A stretch of 64,000 nt of DNA from the human T2T-CHM13v2.0 reference genome, Homo sapiens: assembly GCF_009914755.1 (NCBI RefSeq), contig NC_060938.1; one strand, 5' to 3'. The notes under the pieces were generated by a model, which was given only the letters and a program-made list of their open reading frames with translations, was not told the origin of the DNA and did not search any database. The position numbers and the translations under genes are program-made. Shown here piece after piece: positions 11,950-25,680 of the stretch. Position 1 is the first letter of the stretch; the number at the start of each line of letters is the position of its first letter.

Positions 11950-14175
11950 AACAATGAGAATATTCTCAATAGACCCAGAAAAGGCATGTGACAAAATCCA
12001 GCATCCATTCCTGATTAAAAACTCTCTCTAAATGAGAAATTAAAAGGAACTTTCTCAACTTAATATAGGAAACTTACAACAACCTATGTCAAGTGTCATA
12101 CTTGGTGAAAAACTAAAGGCTTCTCCCTAAGATCACACATAAGAAAAAAGTTATTGCTCTCACTGTTTCTGTTTAATATTGTACTAGAATGTCTATCCAG
12201 TGCAATAAGGCAAGAGACAGAAACAAAAGGCATACAGTTTGGAAAGGAAGAAATAAATCAAGCTTTATTTGCAGACAACATAATTGTTTAAGTAGAAAAT
12301 CCAAAGAATCTGCAGAAAATATACCAGAACAAATAAGTAAGATTGTAAAGGTTGCAGGATAAATGATCAGTTTGCAAAGATTAATTGTATTTATATATTT
12401 TCACATGCGACAATCAGAAATTAAAAATAAAAACACAATACCATTTACAATAGCATCAAAAATATTAAATGCTTACAGATAAATCTTACAAAGTATAGAA
12501 GACTTGGTAACTTAAAGCCACAAAACCTCATGAGAGAAATTAAGACCTAAGGAATGGAGAGATAAACTATGTTCATAGATTGATAGACTCAATATTGTTA
12601 AAAAGTCAGTTCTGTTTCAATTATTCTACAGATTCAATATAACCACAATAAAAGTTCTGTCATTTTTTTGGTTAAAATTAGCAGGCTCATTATAAAATTT
12701 ACTCAGAAATATAAGGCACCTAGAGTAGCCAAAACAGGGTTGGAAAAGAAAAAATTTGGAGGGATAATATTATCTTACTTCAAGTTGTTTTCCACAGTAA
12801 TCAAAACAGTGTGGCATTTGTATACAGATAGACTAACAGATTAATAGAACAGAATAGAGCCCAGGAATAGACCCATATATACATGAACAACTACTTTTTG
12901 ACAAAGGTGCAAAGGCAATTCAATGTGGAAAGGATAGTCTTTTCAACAAATAGTGCTTAAATAATTGAATATCCATATACAAAAAAATGAACTTTGACAC
13001 TCTCATACCATATACAAAAAGTTACTTAAAGTGATCATAAACATAAATGTAAAACCCCAAATCATAACACTTCAAGAAGAAAATAGGAGGAAATTTTTGT
13101 GACCTTGGCCTATGCAAACATTTCTTAGATATGATAGCAAAACATGACCCATAAAAGACAAAAAGTTGATAAATTGAAAAATTGGTTTTCATTACAACTT
13201 AAAACTGCCTCTGGAAACAATTCTGTCAACAGAATTAATAGATGAGCTATAGACTGGAAAAATACTTGCAAATTGGGTATCTGAGAAAGTCATTTATTTG
13301 AGTTATGCAAAGAACCCACAGAACCCATTAACAAAAAAAAATAGAAAAGTAAATAAAATGGGCAAAAGATTTGAACAAACACTTCAGCAAAGAAACTATA
13401 TGAATGGCAAATAGGCATATGAAAACATGCTTAGCATCATTAGTCATTAGGGATATGCAAATTAAAATCACAATTAGGTACTACTGCATACCTATTAGAG
13501 TGGGGTTGACAAGGATGTGGAGCAACTGCAACTCTCAGGTACTACTGGTGGAAATACAAAGTAATATAATAACTTTGGAAAATAATTGGGCAGGTTTTAA
13601 ATAAGTCAAATATACACCTGATATCAGATGCAGCCATTCTACTCCAAGTTATTTGCTCTAAGAGAAATGACAGAATACACCTATACAAAATCTTGAATAC
13701 ACGTTTGTAGTAACTTTATTTGTAACAGCCTCAAACTGGGACTAACTGAAATGTACATCAACAGATAAATAACAAACACATTGTTTTATATCTATATAAT
13801 GTAATAGTACTACTCAGCAATAAAAAGAAATAAACCATTGTTTCAAATGACACCATGAAAGAATCTCAAAATAATTATGCTAAGTGAAAGAAGATAAACC
13901 AAAAAAATTGTATATGATTTAATTTGTATAAATTATAAAATACACAAACTAATATATAGTGACAGAGAATTGCTTGGAAATGGGCATGGGAGATAGGAAG
14001 GTTAAGAGAAAAAGTACAAAGAAATATGAGAAACTTTTGGGGTGATGTAAATATTCATCATGTTGATTGCCATAATAGCATCACAAGCCTATATGTATGT
14101 CAAATCTTATAAAAATGTTCACTTTACTTTGGTGCAGTTAATTTTTATGTCAATTATACATCAATAAAACCATTT
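11950..14175 (+). mobile_element. Old L1M (ORF2 RT to 3'UTR)
   Basis: Degenerate ORF2 sequence (...TTATTTGCAGACAACATAATTG...), ORF 13404-13604 L1-like, L1M-type 3' end with AATAAA. Confidence 0.85.
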
Positions 14176-14709
14176 AAAAATCCAATTTAAAAGTACATGT
14201 CTTCAACATCACAGAAGTATTCTGATATGGTCCAAGATGCAAACTGTTCTCACTGGGTTTAAACTATTTTTCTTAAGTATGGATGACAACAGTCTACACC
14301 CATGTGCTCTACTGTTTATTTTCAACCCAGCATCATTCCAGCTTATTTTGCATTCCCCTTTGTATATCAGAATAGAAATTTGTAGCTGATTTTCCAGAAT
14401 TCATTTTCAACATAGTTCTAGGCTTGTTTCTGACAAAGTGATTTGGAAGGTGGAGGAGAAGGAGAAGAGATTTGCAAACCCAAACAATATCTGGGCCTGA
14501 ATTTCTTAATGAAGTCTGTATCTGAGAAACTATTCATATGCTGACTCTGGACGCATTCTTTATCTGAATCTGGGGAGAGTGAACTCCAGGAAACAGACTG
14601 AACTAAGTGTCTGTTCTTAGCTATGTGTCTAGGTATAAATGTTTACAGGTCCTTGCAGAAAGTTAGATCCTTCTCCCAAATTTTACTCTGATAACACTTC
14701 TGGAGGTTT

Positions 14710-17390
14710 TTTCTTTTCTTTTTCATTTTATTTTTAGATTTACATGCGGAGGTTTGTAACAAGAGTATGCTGCGTGATGCTGAGGTTTGGGCTCCTAGTT
14801 GGTCACCCAGATAGTGAACATAGTACGCAACAGGCAGTCACCTGGATAGTGAACATGGTACCCAATAGGATGTTTTTCAGCCCCTCCCCCCTCCATCTCT
14901 CCCTCCTTTTGGAGTCCACGATGTCTATTATTCCCATCTTTATGTCTGTGTGTGCCCACAGTCTGGCTTCCACTTACAATGAGAACATATGATATTTTGT
15001 TTTCTGTTTCTGCACTAATTCTGCACTTAAGATAATGGCCTCTAGCTGCATACATGTTTCTGCAAAGGATATAATTTCATTCGTTTTATGGCTGCATAGA
15101 ATTCCATGGTGTATATGTACCAAATTTTCCATAGTCTATCACAATTGATGGGCACCTAGGTTGTTTCCATGTCTTTGCTATTGTAAATAGTGCTGTGATA
15201 AATATATGAGTGCATGTGTCTTTTGGTAGAATGATTTATATTCCTTTGGATATATAGCCAGGTATGGGATTGCTGGCTTGAATCATAAATGTTTTTTTAG
15301 TTTTCTGAGAAATCTCCACACTGCTTTCCACAGGGCTGAACTAATTTGCATTCTCAGCAACAGTGTATAAGCATTCCATTTTCCCTGCAAACTCTCCAGC
15401 ATCTGTTATTTTTTGAATTTTAATAATAGCTATTCTGACCGGTATGAGATGGTATCTCATTGTGATTTTGATTTGCATTTCTTTGATGATTAGTGATATG
15501 AAAGATTTTTTCATATGCTTGTTGGCCACTTGTATGTCTTCTGCTGACGGGTGTCTGTTCAAGTTCTTTGTCCGTTGTTTAATGGAATTATTTGTTTATT
15601 TCCTGTTGATTTCTTAAAGTTCACTACAGATTCTGGATATTAGTCCTATGTAGGACGTATAGTTTGCAAATAATTTCTCCCATTTTGTAAGTTGTCTTTT
15701 AACTATGTTGATAGTTTCTTTTGCTGTGCAGAAGCCTTTTAGATTAAATAAGTCCCACTTGCCAATTTTTGTTTTTGTTGCAATTGCTTTTGAGAACTTA
15801 GCCAAAAATTCTTTGCCTAGGCTGATATCCAGAAGTGCGTTTCCTAGGTTTTCTTTTAGGATTTCTATGAGGTGTTACATTTAAGCCTTCAATCCCTCTT
15901 GAATTAATTTTTGTATATGGTGACAGATAGGGGTCCAGTTTTATTCATCTGCATATGTCTAGGCAGTTATCCCAGCACCATTTGTTGAATGAGTCCTTTC
16001 CCCATTGCTTATTTTTGTTGGCTTTGTCAAAGATCAGATGATCATAAGTGTATGGCTTTATTTCTCGGTTCTCTATTCTGTTCCATGGGTCTTTGTGTCC
16101 GTTTCTGGACCATTACTAAGGCCAAGTTTTAGTTACTTAGCCTTGTACTACAATTTGAATTTGGGTAATGTGATGTCTCTAGTTTTGTTCTTTCTTTTTG
16201 TTAAGGATTGCTTTGGCTATTCAGGCTCTTTTTTGGTTCCATATGAATTCTAGAATGGTTTCTACTAATTCTGTGAAAAATGACTTTGACAATTTGATAG
16301 GAATAGTTTTGAATTTGTAGATTGCTTTGGGCAGTATGGACATTTTGACGACATTGATTCTTCCAATCCATAAGCATGGAATGTTTTTCCATTTGTTCGT
16401 GTGGTCTATGATTTCTTTCAGCTGTGTTTTACAGTTCTTCTTTCACCTCTTTGGTTAGCTGTATTCCTAGGTATTTGGGGGCATGTGGCTATTGTAAATT
16501 GGATTGCATTCTTGAACTGACTCTCAGTATGATCACTATTGGTTTATAGAAATGCTCCTGATTTTTTAATGTTGATTTTGTACCTTGAAACTTCGCTGAA
16601 GTCATTCATTAGTTCTGGAGTCTTTTGGTGGAGTCTTTAGTGTTTTCTAGGTATAGAATCATATTGTCAGTGAAGAGAGATAATGTAACTTCTTCTTTCC
16701 CTATTTGGAGGCCTTTTACTTCTTTCTTTTGCCTGCTTGCTCTGGGTAAGACTTCTAGTACTATGCTGAATGGGAGTACAGAGAGTAGGCATTCTTGTCT
16801 TGTTCCCGTTCTCAAGGTGAACGCTTCCAGCTTTTGCCCATTAAGTATGATATTGGCTATGGGTTTGTCATAGACCACTCTTATTATTTTGAGGTATATT
16901 CCTTCAATACTTAGTTTGTTGAGGGTTTTTATCGTGAAGAGTTATTGGATTTTATGGAGTGCTTTTTCTGTATCTATTGAGATGATCACATGGGTTTTGG
17001 TTTTAATTCTGCTTATGTGGTGAATCGCATTTACTGATTTGTGTGTGTTGAAACAACTTTGGATCCCAGGAATGAAGCCTACTTGATCCCAGGAATGAAG
17101 ATTAGCTTTTTGCTGTGCTGCTGGATTCAGGATGCTAGTTTTTGTTGAGAATTTTTGTGTCTATGTGCATCAGGGATTTGATCTTTAGTTTTCTTTTATC
17201 ATTGTGTCTTTAACAGATTTTTGGTATCAGGATAATACTGGATTTGTAGAACAATTTAGGGAAGAATCTCTTCTTGATTTTTTGGAATAGTTTCAGCATG
17301 ATTGGTATCAGTTCTTTGTATGTCTGGTAGAAGTCGGCTGTGAATCCGTCTGGTATGTGGCTTTTTTATTGGTACATTTTTTATTACTGA
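14710..17390 (-). mobile_element. 5'-truncated L1 (old L1PA/L1PB type)
   Basis: Minus-strand ORFs 15341-15562, 15614-15805 and 16609-16878 match ORF2 ([13 protein letters not shown]...TGTRQEC); T-rich tail at the left end. Confidence 0.9.
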
Positions 17391-18700
17391 TAAGCTGCAC
17401 TTCACTAAAATTTAAAAGTTATGCTCTTATGAAATGCAATGTCAAGAAAATGGGAGACAAAATGCAAACTGAGTAATCCATTGCACTTGAACAAATCTTT
17501 CTTGATATTTTAGTTTCTCTCCATGTAAGAGACATATTTCAGCTGCATTTAGTCTGCCATCTTACCAAAAACAGGTTTTTGTTTTCTTTTGTTATGTTAT
17601 AAAATGAAAACTCACAGGAAGTAAGCATAATGAAGTGTTTGTTTTTACTGCAGACACTTCATAGGAAAAGACCAGCTTTAATAATCTGTGTAATCATGGG
17701 GACATTTTTTTGTGATGACCTCAGAGTGTTATCTCTGATAGTTGATAACCGTCTTGGTATAGGACAGTGTTCACAAATAAAATCTTGTAAACAACTATCA
17801 GGCTGGCAGCAACAAAACCATCAGGGAAGTTTTTAAAAAATGAAACCCTTTGAATCTTGGAAATTGTGGTTTGAAATGTTGGAAATCGTGATTCCTAAAG
17901 TTAGTAGTCTTGTCCCAACATCTGTAATTTTAAATGACTCACAAGTTAATTCAGTTCTCACACAACCAGGTTTTAGAACCTCGATTATCAGCCGATGTAT
18001 CTTTATCAATTTGTAAAGCAAGAGAAGAGGAAAGTTCTAACTCATGCTTCAGTCTGTTGATGCAAATCTACATGTGGATTCCCTACATCATCAGAGGAAA
18101 TTGATTAAACTTTGGCAATAAAATGTTGGCATATGACCACAGTAGAAAGCGTCCTTGAGGCCAGATCTCCAGATTATAGGGTTAACACTTGTTGCCTGAT
18201 TGTCATAAGCAAGCAACTTGTCTTGGAGTCATTGAAATCGTGAGGGAATAAGCTATTAATCTGAGGTCATATCTTATCAGTAAATGTCAGTCACTGCTCT
18301 ACATGTTAGGATACAGTGCTGAAAAACATAGACTCAGTAACAGCAAGACTTCTTAACATTCCCTCTGATTTCAACTCAAAACCCTTGTCTGACATCCCAT
18401 TGAATTATACCACTGGCCTGCAATGGATACGTAAAAATATTGGCCTGTATTAAAATATCCAAGAAAATGGAACTCTCACCTACAGAAATACTCTAGGATG
18501 CTTTGCTAAAGATCTTTTGTTTCAGGTAGTGTCCAAAGAACAAAATTGACAAAATAGACCATAGAGATGACAACATCTGCCCTTCATATTTACAAGGACC
18601 ACCTGAGACTGGCATGGGCCTTATAAATGAGGTCAGGGTTGAGGACCTATTTCTGACTTTTGGAAGGAGTCCAGGAAAACATTCATCCCAGTTCAGCCCC

Positions 18701-18719
18701 TGTCCACCAGAGGGAGTGG
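18701..18719 (+). promoter_or_regulatory. CTCF-like motif in the TRAV9-2 promoter
   Basis: TGTCCACCAGAGGGAGTGG closely matches the CTCF core, about 100 bp upstream of the ATG; motif match only. Confidence 0.65.
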
Positions 18720-18816
18720 CTTCCTAACACAAACTCATTTCCTGCTATCACTGTAGGTTTCACTGTGATTTCTTCATGTTAAGGATCAAGACCATTATTT
18801 GGGTAACACACTAAAG

Positions 18817-19290
18817 ATGAACTATTCTCCAGGCTTAGTATCTCTGATACTCTTACTGCTTGGTTAGTGAGATGCCTTTTAAAATTTGGTCTCTGTCTTC
18901 TATCAAGCCAAAAAAATCTTTAACCATAATTTGACCTAAGAGCATTATGCTCAAGGCTAAACAGATCTCTCTCTCTCTCTTTTTTTTTTTTTCCCTAGGA
19001 AGAACCCGTGGAGATTCAGTGACCCAGATGGAAGGGCCAGTGACTCTCTCAGAAGAGGCCTTCCTGACTATAAACTGCACGTACACAGCCACAGGATACC
19101 CTTCCCTTTTCTGGTATGTCCAATATCCTGGAGAAGGTCTACAGCTCCTCCTGAAAGCCACGAAGGCTGATGACAAGGGAAGCAACAAAGGTTTTGAAGC
19201 CACATACCGTAAAGAAACCACTTCTTTCCACTTGGAGAAAGGCTCAGTTCAAGTGTCAGACTCAGCGGTGTACTTCTGTGCTCTGAGTGA
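18817..19290 (+). CDS. TRAV9-2: T-cell receptor alpha variable 9-2 (leader 18817-18862, V exon 18999-19290)
   Basis: MNYSPGLVSLILLLLG|RTRGDSVTQMEGPVTLSEEAFLTINC...SLFWYVQ...DSAVYFCALS; GT-AG intron; RSS follows. Confidence 0.97.
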
Positions 19291-19329
19291 CACAGTGACA
19301 GGGACTGCAGGGGGAGCTGAGCACAAACT
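19291..19329 (+). promoter_or_regulatory. 23-RSS of TRAV9-2
   Basis: CACAGTG, 23-bp spacer, GCACAAACT. Confidence 0.92.
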
Positions 19330-21034
19330 CTGAGCAGCACGGGGGGCCCGGCTGCTGAGTGTCAGCCACTGTGATCCACTCTGGTTCTAGCACAGTCTGT
19401 GGTTGTTTGTGCCTCAGTTTCTCTGATTGATGCAGTAATCATACACATGGCCAGAGGAGAAAAACAAGAAATGAACATCCCCAAACCCAGCTCTTGGTTA
19501 GTGAAATTAAAAACAGACATTGACACCAAATAGTTCCTCATCCAGTGCCAAAGTAATTTCAAGGTTAAACCACAGAAACAATGAAGCTGTCTCTGTGATC
19601 ATCCTTGCAGACAAAGTTCAACCCCCACCTCTTGTTCCAGGTCACTCTGGTAGATATTGGAGGTGGATGTGTTCTATTACATTTTTACAGAGCCAAATAT
19701 GCCAGAGAAGGTGGCGTCTGTACAATGTCTCTGTAACAGAGTACAGCAGGAGAGATGACGTGAGAGCCACAGCTCCTCAATTCAGTTCAAATGTCTATGC
19801 AGGATTCTTAATAGAGAAAGAAGGGAAGAGAAGAAAGGAGGAGGGACAGAATGTCACATGTAAAAAAATAATACGGAGAAGAAAGCAACAATTGTCAGAG
19901 AGAGGGAAGTTTTCTTTTTTGGTAAGCCAGATGGTAGACAAAGGCTGATGTTCCAAAAAGAAAGGGAAGGATCAAAATCATTATTGAAGAAATGACTCAT
20001 TTGTAAATCATAAGTATTCCTTGCTTGTTACATTGATCAATTGGCTTTCTAACAACAAGTCCTTAAGTGAGTTAGTTTTGCAGTGCCAATGGAAGATTAA
20101 GCATACAGATTTATATTTGTATCCCTGTGAAATCCTATTAAAGACACAGTAAAGAAATTGAAAAGGGCATAAAACCACAAAAAGAATAGAAAAGGAGGTG
20201 ACAGCAGATGGTGATACCAATACAATTTTAGAAGGCAGGAGTGTATGGAGAAATGAAAACTTGCATAGCAGACCAGATAAAGAAGAAACCTGGGCCCAGT
20301 GAAAGAAGACAACAAGGAACACCAATGTGTGTTGAGCCTTTGTGGAAAGGTTTAGAAATCAGAAGTACCAATGACCTTTGAATAATTGGTGAAGATAATG
20401 CTTTGTGTGTGTGTTTCTATTTTGAGGGTATTTGAAAAGAGGGTATGAAAAGAGGAGGAGAAAGTGAGAAAATGTATAATTAATTGACCACCCATGCTCT
20501 CCACCACTGCATGTATAACAAGCAATGCTCACTTCCCAAACCCAGAAGAAAGCTGGAATTTAATATTTCATGAATTGAAGTGCAGAACACAATAACACAA
20601 GAAAGCAGAATAAAATTAAAATGTAAAAATATAATAGTCAATTATTTAATATAAGAAATATAAAATATTGTTTATGAAATATTCTCGTAGTAGTCTATGT
20701 GTTTCAACCCAATTGTCTTCTAGATAAGTTTCACTAATTTATACTATCAGTAGTGGTGATTTGGCAGGATACCTATTTTCCTTAAACCTTATGTATTACT
20801 AAACTTTTTGACATTGGCTTATGAGTTAGAATTTCATTTAAAGAATATTTCATTTATTTATGAATTAGATGGAGCGTCATTTAATATACTTAAAAGCTAT
20901 TTACATTTTTTGATATATTGCCATTTATATATCTGCCCCCCCTTTTTTTTTTACCATTTATTGTCTTTATTTTCCACATCTACCATTGTTCCAACTATGA
21001 GATACTGGCAAACCCTCACCCTTTGAAAAATTCT

Positions 21035-23178
21035 TTATTTTTTAAGAGCAGTTTTAGTTTACAGCAAGATTGAGAGAAGGGTACAGAGATTTGCCACACA
21101 CCCTCTATCCCTTCCCAGATATATATCCTCTCCCATTATCAACATCCACCACCAGAGTGGTACATTTGTTACAAATGATGCACTTACATTGACATGTCAT
21201 AGTCACTCAAAGTTCATAGTTTACATTAGGGTTCACGCTTAGTGTTGCATAATATATAGATGTGGACAAATGTGTAATGCCATACATCTATCATTGTAGT
21301 ATCAGACAGAGTAATTTCACTGTCCTAAAAGTCCCTTGTGCTCTGGTATTCATTCATTTCCCAATATAACCCCTGGCTACCTCTGATCTTTTAGTGTTTC
21401 CATGATTTTGCCTTTTCCAGAATGTCATATACTTGGCATCATACAGTATGTAGACTTTCCACACTGACTTCTTTCACTTAGTAACATGGATTTAAGGTTT
21501 CTGTTTCTTTCATGTCTTGATAGCTCATTTTTTTTTAGTATTGAATAATATTCTATTTTCTGGATACATCATAGTTTATTTATCCATTCTTCTTCTGAAG
21601 GGTATTTTGGTTGCTTCGAAGTTTTGGCAATTATGAATAAAGCTGCCACAAATATCCCTTTGGAGGTTTTTGTGTAGACGTGTTTTCCACTACTTGGATA
21701 AATACCAATGAGGAAAACTGCTGGATCATATGGAAAGAATTTTTTTTTTTTTTAAAAGCTGCCAAACTGTGCTCAAAGTGGCTGTTCCATTTTGCATTCC
21801 CACCAACAATGAATGAGAGTTCTTTTTTGTTTATATCCTTGCTAGCATTTGGTGTTGTCAGAGGTCTGGATGTTGGCCATTCAAATAGGTGTATCATGGT
21901 ATCTCATTGTTGTTTTAATTTTCATTTCCCTGATGCCATATGATATAGAACAACTTTTCATGTGCTTATTTGCTATTTATATATTTTCTTTGCTGAAATA
22001 TGTGTTAAAGTCTTTTATCCATTTTTTTTTGGTCAGACTGTTTTCTTATTGTTGAATTTTAAGATGTTTTGCATAACAGTTCTTGATCAGATATGCCTTT
22101 TGCAAATATTTTCTCCTCGTCTGTGTTTTGTCTCCCATTTTCTTGACATTGCATTTCATAAGAGCATAACTGTTAAATTTTGGTGAAGTGCAGCTTATCA
22201 ATAATTTTTTTTCCAGAGAACATACCTTTGTCTTTGTATAAGTCGTTGCCAAACCCAAGGTCATCTAGATTTTCTCCTACATTGCCTTCTTGGAGTTGAG
22301 TTTTGTTTTGCATTTTACATTTACATCTATGGTTGCTTTTTGAGTTAATTTTTGTGAATAGTATAAGGTCTGTGTCTAGAGTCTAGATTAATTTTCTTTT
22401 CTTTTTCTTTTTCTTTTTTTTTTTGCCTGTGAATGTCCAGTTGTTCCAGCACCATTTATTGACAAAACTGTCTTTACTTCATTGTATTGCCTGTGCTCCT
22501 TTGTCAAAGATTAGTTAACTACATTTATGTGCGTCTAGTTCTGGGTTCTCTATTTTGTTCCATTGATCTATTTGTTTATTCTTTTGCCAATGTCACAGTG
22601 TCTTGATTATTCTAGCTTTACAGTAAGTCTTAAAATCAGGTATTGTCATTCATCTGACTTTATTCTCCTGTAAAACCTTTTTTTGTTTTGATAATTCTGG
22701 GTCCTTTGCACCTCCATATAACCTTTAGAATGAGTTTATCAATATTCACAAAAAATTGCTGGGATTTTAATTGAGATTGCATTGAACCTACAGATTAAAC
22801 TGTGAGGAATGAACATTTTGACAATATTGAGTCTTCCTACTCATGCACATGTCATCTGGGAACAAAGTTATACTTCTTTTTTTCCTAATCTGTATACTTT
22901 TTTTTTTTTTACTTGTCTTGTTGCATTAGCTAGGACTCGCAATATGACGCTGAAAAGGAGTGGAGAGAGGCCCATCTTTGCCTTGTTCCTGATGTTAGTA
23001 GGAAAGCATCAGTTTCTCATAATTATGATGTTAGCTATAGATTTTGGAACATATTACTTATGAAGTTGAAGGAATTCCACTCTATTTCTAGTTCACCGAG
23101 AGTTTTTATCATGAATGGGTGATGAATTTTGTTAAATGCTTTTTCTGCATTTATTGATAAAATCATGTGATTTTTCTA
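21035..23178 (-). mobile_element. L1MC-like 3' portion
   Basis: L1MC-type 3'UTR and degenerate ORF2 sequence on the minus strand. Confidence 0.82.
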
Positions 23179-23179
23179 G

Positions 23180-24270
23180 AGACTTGAAAAGTTGAGAAGT
23201 TTATAGCCGATAGACACAGACTCATTAAAAGACTGAGAACAAATTGTGGGCCTATAGAACACTTCCTCTCCCCTCACACCTTACCACCATAGCACTAACA
23301 GCCTATTTACAGCGGTTCCTTTTACCAAGTATGTCATGTCTGGCTATCAAATAAAAAATTACAGGGCGTATTAAAAGGGAAAATACAATTGAAAGAGACA
23401 GAAAAATCATCAGAAAAACACATCAGGGTTGTTGGAACTATCAGACCCAGGAATTTGAAACAAATATGCCAACGGCTCTAGTAATGAAGTAGAGAGCATG
23501 CCAGAACAGATGGGCAATGTAACAGAGAGACCGACCTTCTAAGAAAGAACCAAGAGAAAAAAAAAGCTAGAGATCAAAATACAGCAACAGAAATGAAGAA
23601 TGTCGTTGGCTGACTTATTAATAAACTGGACGTAGCTGAGGAAAGAATTTCTGAACTTAAGGATATATCAGCAGAAACATCCAAAACTGAAAAAGTAGAG
23701 AAAACAAAGACTAAAAAACACCCAGGAAAGAGTATCTAAAAATATTCAAAAACTGTGGAACAACTATAGAAGTATACTATACATGTAATGGGAATGTCAC
23801 AGGGAGAAGAAAGAGAGAAATTAACAGAAAACATATTTAAAACAATGATGGAGAATTTCTCCCAAAATAATGCCAGATGCCAAACCACAGATCTAAGAAG
23901 CTCAGAGAACACTTGGTAGCATAAATGCCAACCCCCTCCAAATCCTAAGCATATCATTTTCAAACTAGAAAATCATAGACAAAGAAAACATCCTGAAAGA
24001 AGCTGGCAAGGGGTGGAGTGGGGGAAGTGCCTTACCTATACAGGAACAAACACAAGAATTACATCCAACTTCTCTTCAGAAATCATGCAAGGAGGAGAAA
24101 GTATAGTGAAATATTTAAGGTATTAACAGAACAAACCACCAACCTAGAATTGTGTACCCAGAGAAATTATCCCTCAAAAGTGCAAGAGAAATAAAGACAT
24201 TTTCAGACAAAAATTGGGGATACGTGTTGCCAACTAGCCCTGCCTTGCAAGAAATGTTAAAAGTTCTTTA
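23180..24270 (+). mobile_element. L1M 5'/ORF1 region fragment, opposite orientation to its neighbour
   Basis: Degenerate ORF1-like sequence (GAAAGAATTTCTGAACTTAAGGAT..., CCTGCCTTGCAAGAAATGTTAAAAG). Confidence 0.75.
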
Positions 24271-25489
24271 AAGATAAATTAAAAGTTCAGGTTTCTTCTA
24301 TGGCAGAGTTGTGTAAATATGAATACATTCAAAATATAAATGTATAAATAAAGATAAACCTCAAGTAAGTCTCAGTTCAACTACAGAAAAATAAGAAAGT
24401 GCTTTTATGAGATATTTAGCTAAAAGTGCAATTCCTGTTTGTCTTTTGCACACTAGTGGAGACTGTCCCATAACCAGAGAACCCACTTGCAAATTTGAAA
24501 ACCTAATTAGCTTCCTTCTCAGAAACACTCTGCTTATTCTTACATTTATCAGCTTCTGAGAACATGACAGCAGGTGTAAGAAGCTTCTCCATCAGTAATC
24601 CAAACTCGGTGCCTGTCATTGTAAGGAATATGCAACTGATGCTGGAGACCAGGGATTTCATTCCTGCTTTTGCAGGGACGAAGTGAGCTTGTGTAGACCA
24701 TGATCTCTCTCCTGAATCTACGACAAGAATTCTGCTACTGCTTGATGAAAAGGGGGTCACTGAGAACTCTGGATTTTTTAATGCTTATTTGATTCCAATG
24801 AGGGGGCAAGTAAAGGCCTGATGGTTGCTCTCTCTGAACTCGGTAAAACATTGTAAAAATAGTACATGAAAATAAAATAATACAATTTTATTATTGTCTT
24901 GTAAGTGTGCAGAAAATGATACTCTGTCTTAGTTTTCCCTTAGTCGTATCAAAGTCTTGAAAATTTAGCCTTTACCAAAGCATTTCCTTTTCCATCTAGG
25001 CATAACACTTCTGCTCTAAACTCATATAAACTATTAGAACATTCCTCAATTACCACAAAAAATCCTTCAATTTCCTAGTAATTAGTCACAGAAGAAAGCT
25101 ATTATGATAAAAACAGATGGTATTTGTTCTAGCATATAAGTGAATAATTTATGTTTCATGAGAGTAGAAGTCAAGCATCAAATGATCAAAGCTGAATAGA
25201 ATTTTTAGCAGTAGGTTTTTCGTATCCTCCTCTCCAAATTTCATCCTCTCCTTTCTTGAAGGGGTTGACAAAGACAAAGTGTGGCCTGCCTGTGTTCTCT
25301 CTCAGCTCAGTCACTTTCACGTCTTTGAAACCAAATAATGCCATGGGGCTGAGTCCTTCTCAGCTGAATCCATGAAAAATAGTTCATCTTTTCACAAACT
25401 GGTAAACAAGTGAAGCATTTCAATTCACACATTGGGAATGTCACCATTTACCATGTGATTTGTTGATTAGGGAACAAAAAGGAGAGGTG

Positions 25490-25680
25490 GTGAAGTGAGC
25501 AGTTAAGAGTAAGAATTTAGGAGCCTGTTTGCCTGGGTTTGAATCTGATCTTGAATGCTTATAACTGTAAAATCTTGGCTAAGTTGCTTAACTTTCTGAC
25601 TACCATTTGTTGTGGGGATTAAATGAATATATATATTTGAAATTCTGGCCCATGATAAGTGCTCAGTAATTGTTAGCTGA
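25490..25680 (+). mobile_element. MIR
   Basis: GTTAAGAG...CCTGGGTTTGAATC...CTTGGCTAAGTTGCTTAAC...TAAGTGCTCAGTAATTGTTAGC. Confidence 0.75.

Noticed and set aside
14802-14868. About 35-bp imperfect duplication within an L1 3'UTR (a similar one at 17062-17100)
   Set aside because: Ordinary slippage duplications in decayed repeats.
17630-17960. C-x11-W spacing (GQC...GWQQQ) after a CAG acceptor-like site, suggesting a V relic
   Set aside because: No second Cys motif or RSS recognisable; a profile-HMM hit would be needed.
24503-24760. Non-repeat-looking segment with an 85-aa minus-strand ORF
   Set aside because: No recognisable homology, poly(A) or TSD; cannot support a gene or retrocopy call.
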